A stretch of DNA of 64,000 nucleotides from Eledone cirrhosa. Its lineage: Eukaryota. The position numbers and the translations under genes are program-made. Where the stretch lies: positions 28,768,001-28,832,000 of the forward strand of contig OZ024751.1 in NCBI GenBank assembly GCA_964016885.1. The letters run 5' to 3'. Shown here piece after piece: positions 53,413 to 64,000 of the stretch (its first letter is position 1; every line of letters begins with the position of its first letter). The notes beneath the pieces are model-generated. The model had not been told where the DNA came from and searched no databases. It worked only from the letters and a program-made list of their open reading frames with translations.

Positions 53413-55382
53413 ATTTTGGCTCTCACAAGAATAAGTGGGCAAAGAAGTCTATACAAAGTAATGATACACAGATAGACACTGTATTTCAGTGAATTACTGG
53501 TGGACTAGGTAATTGAATCTCCTTAAAACCTTATTTCTACGAAAGGTGTATAAATATATATACAGGTTGTGCCAATATATTTATACGAGGTTGGCTGTAT
53601 TGGTAGAGCATTGGACAAAATAGTTTGCAATATTTACCTACAGCTTTCTACATTCTGAGTTCAAATCCTGCTGAAGTCAACTTCACTTTCACCCTTCCAG
53701 GGTCGATAAAATATAGTACTAGGGCTAATATAATCAACTTTAGAAACCACTATTTCCTTTCATAATGGGTTATTAACATGCAAGGAAACATTTTTTTTCT
53801 TTCTTTCTGCTTATCATTTATTTCACCAGCCATGTATAAATTTATATAAAAAAGGTGCATAAAAAGAAAAGGTATGATACACTATTTAGAAAGAAGAGAA
53901 TAAAAAGTTCTCAGGAATGGAATGAAGTGATTCATTATTGAGAATACTCTAATCAGGCTAGTGAGGCCATCGAGAAGGATTAAAGTTAAAAAAACTATCA
54001 TCCTTTTCATGACGGCCTGTAAAAGGAACACTTTATGTAAAGTGGTTTTTTTTATTTTATTTTATTTTAAAAATTTTAGAAATATTTTCTTAAAGTTACT
54101 AAAAATTGTAGGTTTTTACCAGAAACAAGGTTTGTTGAATACTCAACAGCATCTTTTTAATATATATATATATATTTTACATCTTTTGAATCTGGAAGTG
54201 TTGCATCTTTGCACATAAAATGATTCCAGACAACTGGTCCACGATAGAGTTAAAGGGTAGTTGAATTTATTAAATTTTGTTACGGATATTTGTGAATATT
54301 CTTTATAAATTTTTCTTGCACACATTTCCGTGTAGGGTTGTGATAAACTTTCAACATTAGTCTCAAGTGAGCAGCCAAATTTATTTCATAAACGTTTAGT
54401 ATTTCATTATCAAGCATTAAAGGTCGAGAGTCTCTGGGAGCCTTTGATATAATCCTGACTGCAAGTTTTTGTAAAGTATGAAGTAAACAAAGAACCGGGT
54501 GTCTTCATTACATATGCTATTAATAAATCTATTCACAATTACCATGATTTTCATTAAAAATATAACAACTAGCCATAAACTGATTGGTTTATTTCCTAGG
54601 TGATACCAGGTAGTCATCTAGTATTTCATAAAGATATGAAACATTTCACAAAATGTATATGTTATCCTTGCACAAGGACCATACAAGTCTTTCTCGTTGT
54701 CCTGGCTTTCCTAAAACAATTTTACAAAGGATCACATATTGTTACCTCACTTTTTCATGACCATATTTCTAATGAAAACCCACGCCATTTCAATTAATTA
54801 TTGAAGAATTTCGAGGGATTTACTAAAATGTTTAATTATTTCATTAGTAAGACAATAACTTAACATACAGTTCTTATATAAAATTACGTTAGGAGATTTT
54901 CATCTAAATACGAACACTGCATCCAATTAATTAATGAAGAATTTTTAAGGATTTACTACAATTATTAATTATTTCATTATTAAGATAGAAACTTAACATA
55001 TGGTTCTTATATAAAATTACGTTAGAAGACTTTAATTTAAATAAGAACCCTTTAAAATGTGTGGGTTTTTTGTCACAGAACCAGATCCAGTTTTTGCTGT
55101 GCTGATAACAAAAGGGTTAAACAACATTCTGTATAATAAACAGCTTCCACTGTAGTGCAATGATTTGAAAATCATTTTTAATGAATACGCGAGGAAGATA
55201 GATCCATTTGAAAAGAAAATATTTTCTCTAAACAACAGACGTGAGGTGGTATCGGGGAAATAAGAGATTTGTTTTCCAATTTTCGTGTAATAAAAAATAT
55301 AAAAAAATGAAACTTTAGGTAAATTCTTTCAAACCTTATAAAACAACTCCAGAGACTACATAGTGCAGAGAACACACACACA

Positions 55383-55532
55383 ACAAAGAAAGTGTGGTAA
55401 AGAACCAGGTGGACCATAACACACAAGAGTACTGGATACTTAGGGTAGAAGAGTGGGTAATAGGAAAAGAGTCAGGACCCCGACGGCTGAGCTCCGGCCG
55501 TTTCGACAGCTAGATTCGAACCGAGTCTTTTC

Positions 55533-55535
<3 letters not shown>
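55383..55535 (-). mobile_element. Penelope-like hairpin element, short arm largely deleted
   Basis: Reverse complement of the 56735-56860 long arm and tail, then cgaa...tcttttccta. Confidence 0.72.
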
Positions 55536-55566
<31 letters not shown>

Positions 55567-55962
55567 TTATATATATATATACATACAGAGATGCCTGTGT
55601 ATATAACATACACACACATATGACTAACAGATTTTAAAAGTTTGTTTAACAGTAAAAGAAATCGAAAGATGTCTGAAAATAACAATGATGTGTGAGTGCG
55701 TGTTTGTGTACGTGCCTATGTGTATGTGTGTGTGTGTACGAGTATACGTGCGTGGATGTGAATGTGTGTATGCGTGGGTGGGTGTGTGTCTATGTGTGTG
55801 TGTGTGTCTACGTGGGTGTGTGTGTTTGTGGGTGTCAATTGCCAAGAGATTATTGAACAAGAAATATAATACTAAACAGAAAATAAATTTGTATTTAAGT
55901 ACATATGCATGCACGTATGTACATACACGTATATGGGAAAGTGTGTGTGTATATATATATAT

Positions 55963-56306
55963 GGAGGCACATGGCTTAGTGGTTAGAGCATTGGCCTTGC
56001 AATCGAAAGGTTGTGAGTTCAATTCTCAGACCGGGTGATGTGTTGTTTCCTTGAGCAAGACACTTTATCTTACATTGCTCCAGTTTACTCAGCTGTAAAA
56101 ATGAGATGATAGGGACTGGGGTCCCTATCATTCCACTGCAAAGTGGTCGTGGAGGTGCCACGGCAACATAAGCAGCCAGCACTCACTGTAAATGAGGTTG
56201 GTGTTAGGAAGGGCATCCAGCTGTAGAAATCAAGCCAGAATCAGTTCCCGTCCCACCCTTGCAAGCAGGGAAAAGTGGACGCAAAATGAAATGATGATGA
56301 TGATGA

Positions 56307-56310
<4 letters not shown>
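55963..56310 (+). mobile_element. Full-length family B CORE-type SINE with (ATG)n tail
   Basis: A box TGGCTTAGTGG, B box GAGTTCAATTCTC, CORE-like ccttgagcaagacacttt...cagtttactcagctgtaaaaatgagatgata, and tail ggacgcaaaatg(atg)n. Confidence 0.93.
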
Positions 56311-56347
<37 letters not shown>

Positions 56348-56486
56348 TCGATTCCTCGTAGCAATGTCTTTTTCGATTCCCGCTAGCAATGTCTTTTTCC
56401 GTGTGTGGGGGTATTTACCCTATTATTAACCTATTGTACTTGCAGTCATTTTCTGCACCTAAAAATTCTCCATCTCTTATAAACGT

Positions 56487-56595
<109 letters not shown>

Positions 56596-56623
56596 GTATG
56601 TATATATGTATATATATATGTGT

Positions 56624-56670
<47 letters not shown>

Positions 56671-56680
56671 TATATATATA

Positions 56681-57004
<324 letters not shown>

Positions 57005-57498
57005 TCTATATGTACGTATGTATGTAATTTTCCGTATTCCAGAGAGAGCGAACAATTGCCCTGCTATACAAATATTATAACACAACTTGATATATAAAAC
57101 ATACAAAATAATAAACCCTAAGATTATTTCTCGTCATACAGTAAATAAAGGACCTGACTATGATATATAACATAGCCTAATATACAAGTTCCCCTTTCGT
57201 CGAATCCTTCTTAACACAAGTCATAGCTCGGGGACAGGACATAAAAAGAAAAACGGCTATAATTTCTGTACAGGACTAACTCGGAAAATACCTTGTATCA
57301 GAACTGTCTTTTCTGTACGTTTGACTGTTTCCCGCGAAGAGAGTGGTCCCAGATGATTTAAAATTAACGGGCGAAAGAAAATGGCTGAACATTGCAAAGG
57401 TACGTGTACCCATAACCTTAACACAGTTCACGGGATTACACTGCATGACACAGTGGCTGACAATACAGGCTCTTTCAATTGTAAGATAGGCACACGCA

Positions 57499-57569
<71 letters not shown>

Positions 57570-57587
57570 CGTATGTGCATGTATGTG

Positions 57588-57648
<61 letters not shown>

Positions 57649-57659
57649 ATATGTGCGTG

Positions 57660-57695
<36 letters not shown>

Positions 57696-58105
57696 ATATA
57701 TATATAATATCTTGTACAAAATCGCTGAAGGGTAGATCCCAATAAAGTACTCTAAAGAACACTTCACAAGCATCTTTCCCAAGGGATATATACACACAAT
57801 CAAGCAACATAAATATTACCAGGTGGAGTAACGTGAAATAAATTGTCTTGCTCAATGTCAAAACACAACGTTTGGAATTGAACTCCCGATGGCAAATTCT
57901 TGAGCCGAAGAACCAAATACTCTAACCACTAAGCCACACACATTCGTACGAACGTTCACACACACACACATAAAATGTAGAAAATATTGAAAGAAGAAGA
58001 GAACATGGATTTGTAAACACTTCCAATGTAAGTAAGAGAGGGTTCGTCCGGTTCTTGGCTATTTAGATTGACCTTAAAAGACAGGTCTTGGCCGTAGGGC
58101 ACATG

Positions 58106-58150
<45 letters not shown>

Positions 58151-58170
58151 ATGTATGTATGTATATATTT

Positions 58171-58287
58171 AACAAAAAGGATGTGGTAAGTTACCAGGTG
58201 GACCATAACGCACCAGAATACTCAATACTCGGATCTAGCTGTCGAAACGGCTGGAGCTCAGCCGTCGGGGTCCTGACTCTTTTCCTA
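58171..58287. mobile_element. Penelope-like hairpin element with one arm deleted
   Basis: Minus-oriented tail joined directly to a plus-oriented arm cggatctagctgtcgaaacgg...tcttttccta, followed by (TA)n. Confidence 0.7.
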
Positions 58288-58407
58288 TATATATATAGTT
58301 CAAGAATAGACAAGACAAGTATAGATATGCAATAACTCAGTCTTATTAGTTTCACACACACATGTATATAATGGAGTATATATTAAATTTTCATGACCTC
58401 AACATGT

Positions 58408-58495
58408 ATGCACGACCTTAATTTGTTTCGAGGACCACTGTATAACGAAGGAACCGTTCTAAAACTGGCCACACACACTCGTCGTCAGGCTCAAG
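58408..58495 (-). ncRNA. Candidate type I hammerhead ribozyme with long stem II (family H2)
   Basis: Minus strand: CTGACGA (58488-58482), C-GAG...CTC stem II base, GAAAC (58429-58425), short stem III, then GTC (58416-58414). Stem I is imperfect. Confidence 0.4.
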
Positions 58496-58540
58496 GACAA
58501 AGTTATATATATATTTATATATATATATATATATATATAC

Positions 58541-58721
58541 CGAAGGAAGTGTGGTAAGGAACCAAATGGACCATAACGCACCAAAGTACTCAATACTTAG
58601 GGTAGTAGAGTGGGTAATAGGAACGAGTAGGACCCCGACGGCTGAGCTCAAGCCGTTTCGACGGCTAATTCTGGACTAGCCGTCGAAACAGCTTGAGCTC
58701 AGCCGTCGGGTCCTACTCGTT

Positions 58722-58725
<4 letters not shown>
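58541..58725 (-). mobile_element. Penelope-like hairpin element, ~50-bp stem
   Basis: taggaacgagtaggaccccg...tttcgacggcta pairs with tagccgtcgaaa...tcctactcgttccta; flanked by (TA)n on both sides. Confidence 0.75.
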
Positions 58726-58770
<45 letters not shown>

Positions 58771-58822
58771 CTATTGCCTGACAGGTAATCAAAGTGTGTA
58801 TACAATTTTGGGGGACACCCTG
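58771..58822. mobile_element. Right half of the Tc1/mariner MITE
   Basis: tattgcct...aatcaaagtgtgtatacaattttgggggacaccctg|TA, as in 5141-5187. Confidence 0.75.
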
Positions 58823-58832
58823 TATATATATA

Positions 58833-58944
58833 TAGGAAAAGGTTCAGGACCCCGACTGCAGAGCTCAAGCCGTTTCGTACTACCCAAAGTATTGAGTACT
58901 CTGGTGCGTTATGGTCCACCTGGTTCCTTACCACATTTCCCTCG

Positions 58945-58946
<2 letters not shown>
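58833..58946 (+). mobile_element. Penelope-like hairpin element with collapsed stem
   Basis: The left arm (to gccgtttcg) is fused directly to the tail tactacccaaagtattgagtactctggtgcg. Confidence 0.7.
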
Positions 58947-59029
<83 letters not shown>

Positions 59030-59573
59030 TGTGTGGCAGAGTCGTTAGAACGTTGAATACTTGTTCAGTGTGGGTGAGAGAGTGTAGGTGTCTTCTGAGT
59101 TCAAATCCCAGGGAGTTCTACTTTGTCTTTCATCCTTTCAGGTTCGTTAACAAAAATCCCTAGGATAGCAGTCGCTGTTGGAATCCCTCCCAGCTATTCG
59201 GCTGGATCAAATGATGGGGGAGATGTCTGCACGGATACTTTTAGAAAAAGCTAAATCCTGCTACCACGTCATACTCTAAGGCGGTTGACATTATTTTTAT
59301 GTGTGAGTGAGTGTGTGTGTATGTGTGTGTATGTGTGTGTATGTGTGTGTGTGTGTGTGTGTGTTTGAACGTGAGCCAGTTCTAAACGATCTCAATATTC
59401 GCTACAGGTGGGTTTTATAGAACGGCGATAACAGACGAGATGATGGTGGTGGTGGTGTGGTGGGAGAGGTGGGGGAGGGGGAATTGTCAATAAAAATTAA
59501 ATTGATTATCAATTAGACAGATTGGCAGATTGAATATCAAAGTGTTTGTGTGTGTTTGAACACACACACACAC

Positions 59574-59605
<32 letters not shown>

Positions 59606-60449
59606 CTGTGTGTCTGTATAACTCGTCCCAGCTATGATTCACTATGTCTCGGCTCTGTTGATCTCTCCCCCTCACCCGTATTTTGCACCTCCGTGCACAG
59701 TCTGGAGAGATGGTCACATCTGGACCCTTAAAACCTGACGTAGCGCTTTCTGGTTCTCTGTATGAACTCAAATAACACAAATAATATGTATATATATAAG
59801 TGTGCGTGTGTGTGTGTTTGTGAGTGAGTCCCCGGTTCAATCGAGGTAACAACAGTTAGTAAGGTACTCAATACATTAGCAGAGTGTAAACATTATGTTT
59901 AATATAGACGTGGCTTCTACAGCACTAGAACTGTTTCATTCATATATATACATTAGTTTAATATGTAAATATATTAGTTTAATGCTTGATATAGTAGGAT
60001 AAGAGTCTTAACATACATATATACATAGACACATCATACATACATAGATACATATACATATATATACACACATCATACATACATAGATACATATACATAT
60101 ATATATACACATCATACATACATAGACACATCATACATACATAGATACATATACATACATAGATACATATACATATATATATATATACACACATCATACA
60201 TACATAGATACATATATATACATATCATACATAGACACATCATACATACATAGATACATATATATACACATCATACATAGACACATCATACATTCATAGA
60301 TACATATATAGACACACAGATAAAGCATTAAATAAGTGTGAACATTGTTTTGTTTTCTATTCTGATAATATAGATCAATCGTATTTAAATCACCCGTCGA
60401 TAGTTGTTTAATGCTTCAGTTTTGTCTTTCATCCCGACCCGGGGGCCCT

Positions 60450-60548
60450 TGAAGGACTAGCGTCCGAAACGCTAAGACCCTCTTCCTGCGTTAACCTTAA
60501 TATGCCTTCCATATACTGTACCGATTGTGTTGTTATTTCTGTTTACCT
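60450..60548 (+). mobile_element. H1 Penelope-like terminal remnant, CpG-intact
   Basis: tgaaGGACtagcGTCCgaaacgctaagaccctcttcctg with a perfect 4-bp stem II; the 5' core is truncated. Confidence 0.6.
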
Positions 60549-60718
60549 AGTTTGGTTTATTTTAGTTAATTCTTTCATTAACCTTGTTGTTGTTGTTGTA
60601 AAACAACATGGCAGACTGGTTGGGACAACTAACCCCACCCGCTGGGCATATAAACGCATCGTAATCTTAACATCTACGACCCCACCCCTGCTGAATAAAA
60701 GGGGCATATAACATAAAC

Positions 60719-60761
<43 letters not shown>

Positions 60762-60778
60762 CAAAATTTTATATAGAA

Positions 60779-60824
60779 ATGGCTTCTACAGGACTAGAAC
60801 TGTTTCATTCGAAGGAAATCATCA
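60779..60824 (-). mobile_element. Third hammerhead-like repeat remnant (family H3; second copy at 59910-59941)
   Basis: Minus strand TGATGA-TTTCcttcGAAT-GAAACAGTTCtagtcctgtagaagcc. Confidence 0.4.
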
Positions 60825-60907
60825 TATCCTGTAGTAAAAGGTTTGGTAGAAATATCCAAGAGTAAGAGCACTCAGTCCATAGGACGAGTTTAATATAATT
60901 AGTTAAA

Positions 60908-61065
60908 ACACACACATATATATATATACATATATATATATACATATATATATATATACATATATATATATACATATATATATATACATATACATATATA
61001 TATATACATATATATATATACATATATATATATACTTATATATATATATACATATATATATATAC

Positions 61066-61110
<45 letters not shown>

Positions 61111-61291
61111 CATATATATATATACATATATATACTTATATATATATATACATATATATATATATACATATATATATATACATATATATATATACATATA
61201 TATATACATATATATATATACTTATATATATATACATATATATATATACATATATATATATACATATATATATATACATATATATATATAC

Positions 61292-61322
<31 letters not shown>

Positions 61323-61693
61323 CATATATATATATACATATATATATATACATATATATATATATACATATATATACATATATATATATACATATATATA
61401 TATATACATATATATATATACATATATATATATACATATATATATATATACATATATATATATACATATATATATATACATATATATATATACATATATA
61501 TATATACATATATATATATACATATATATATATACATATATATATATACATATATATATATACATATATATACATATATATATATACATATATACACATA
61601 TATATATATACATATATATATATACACATATATACACATATATATATATACATATACATATATATATATATACATATATATATATACATATAC

Positions 61694-61724
<31 letters not shown>

Positions 61725-61886
61725 CATATACATATATATATATACATATATATATATACATATATATATATACATATACATATATATATATACATATATA
61801 TATATACATATACATATATACACATATATATATATACATATACATATATATATATATACATATATATATATACATATATATATATG

Positions 61887-61932
<46 letters not shown>

Positions 61933-61987
61933 TATATGTATATATATATATATACATATATATATATACACATATATATATATATAC

Positions 61988-62038
<51 letters not shown>

Positions 62039-62097
62039 TATACATATATATATACATATATATACATATATATACATACATATATATATATATATAA

Positions 62098-62130
<33 letters not shown>

Positions 62131-62323
62131 CATATATATATAGCAAGATAATAATAAATGGAAACTATATTTATAAAACCATATTTATTTTATTATATAT
62201 ATTTCAAGGGCGACCGAGCCAAACTTGGTGCGCTTTCATCAGATAAAATACAAAATTTGTTTTATAAATAACGACATACCCAAGGAAATCACACCTTAAC
62301 TGTCCGAAATTCGCTGGATAGCG

Positions 62324-62390
<67 letters not shown>

Positions 62391-62469
62391 TATACACATA
62401 TATATATACACACACACACATATATATATATATACACACACACATATATATATATATATATACACACAC

Positions 62470-62515
<46 letters not shown>

Positions 62516-62568
62516 TATATACAAACATACACACATATATATATATATTTATAGAGAGAGAGAGATAA

Positions 62569-62624
<56 letters not shown>

Positions 62625-62657
62625 GTATATACATATACATATATATACATATGTATA

Positions 62658-62698
<41 letters not shown>

Positions 62699-62755
62699 AT
62701 ATATATACATACATACATATACATACATATATATATATACATACATATATATATA

Positions 62756-62787
<32 letters not shown>

Positions 62788-62830
62788 CATATATACACAT
62801 ACATACATATACATACATATATATATATAC
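60908..62830. repeat. Very long interrupted (TA)nCA satellite-like tract (60908-62142 and 62324-62830)
   Basis: Direct inspection; source of the 300-400 aa Y/I/M/C/V ORFs. Confidence 0.97.
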
Positions 62831-62919
62831 ATTGTTTGTAATGCGAAGAAATACCTATGATGGGTAGTAGACAACTGATGATGGATAGTCCTAACTTCTA
62901 TTTCTAATTCTTCCTTTAT

Positions 62920-63028
<109 letters not shown>

Positions 63029-63867
63029 TGTGTGTGTGTGTAAACAGAGATATAGTATGTGAATGTGTGTGTGTGTGTGTGTATGTGTCAGTGTTTTTGT
63101 GCGTGTATTTGCGCGTGAGTGTCTGTGTGTGTGCGTACGCGCGTCTGTCTGTGTGCTCGCGTCTGTGTGTGTAGATGCTATTGATAAGGGTAGCGTGTGG
63201 AAGCACCAAAAGTCTTTCATGCCTTAACAGCTCTTAATTGATGCCAATCAAAACAGATTCCTTTATAGATATCGCTTTGATGTAATGGTGTCATTACTGA
63301 CAATGGGTCTTCCGTCGGTTTCTACGACGAGCAGTCAGTCGTTCTCCCAACAACCTCCGGCCCGTGAATGAACGTGTTAAGCGGTTGGTTATTTCACTAG
63401 CACGTGTAACCATAAACGTAATTCTCAGACAGAATATCTCTGTGACACAATACGTGTCAAAACTAGTTCTTTGAATAACATAAACAGCCCAGTCCGTCTT
63501 TTATCGTCGTGCAAGTGGTTGAGTATCCCGCAGACACGTGTAACCATAAAGTAATTCTTGGGCAGAACCTACGTGTCAAGGCTTGTTATTCGAATTACAA
63601 GTAAAGTCTATCTACCCAACGGGCTTCTAAACAATTTCCGTCTATCTACGGCTTGGGTCGACCCGAGGCAATGATGTCCACAATGCCACGTAGTGGGACC
63701 AAACTCAGGACCTCATGGTTCCAACTGAACTTTTTAACCACCTTTTGCCATACCTTCGTTGACGGTGTTGTATTATATAGATGTATTATATAATAAAATA
63801 TCATAAACACGCAAACAACATATATGTGGGTGTGTGTGTGTATGTGTGTGTAAATAGATTGAAAAAT

Positions 63868-63925
<58 letters not shown>

Positions 63926-64000
63926 AGTGTGTGCCCCAGCATGGCCTCAGCCGGATGGCTGGAACAGATAAAAGAGTATATGTGTATACATGTGTGTGTG

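Noticed and set aside
55963-56035. tRNA gene (also the heads at 27425-27497, 50190-50262 and 49277-49360)
   Set aside because: A and B boxes are present but the cloverleaf stems are poor, and each head continues into a SINE body and tail.

Overview
AT-rich, microsatellite-saturated eukaryotic non-coding DNA. The repeat complement (tRNA-derived CORE-type and Meta-type SINEs, RTE-group LINE 3' ends with (ATG)n tails, very long (TA)n/(CA)n/(GA)n tracts) points to a coleoid cephalopod, most likely Octopus; this is an inference from repeat style, not a database match. I cannot support any complete protein-coding gene, and almost all ORFs in the track are translations of simple repeats. The window reads as a large intron or gene flank. 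It holds SINEs, dead LINE fragments (RTE/BovB-like, Proto2-like, Expander/Rex3-like, CRE-like), and MITEs of piggyBac (TTAA), Tc1/mariner and pogo (TA) and hAT (8-bp TSD) type. The most notable signals are: (i) a short Penelope-like element that inserts in (TA)n and carries a 45-50 bp hairpin apparently rebuilt at each insertion; (ii) at least three families of hammerhead-ribozyme-like motifs, one with an unusually long stem II; (iii) a visible shift from CpG-decayed to CpG-retaining sequence at about 52-55 kb; (iv) two weak minus-strand exon candidates and a PBX/MEIS-ETS-CCAAT motif cluster. All coordinates were read by eye and repeat boundaries are approximate.
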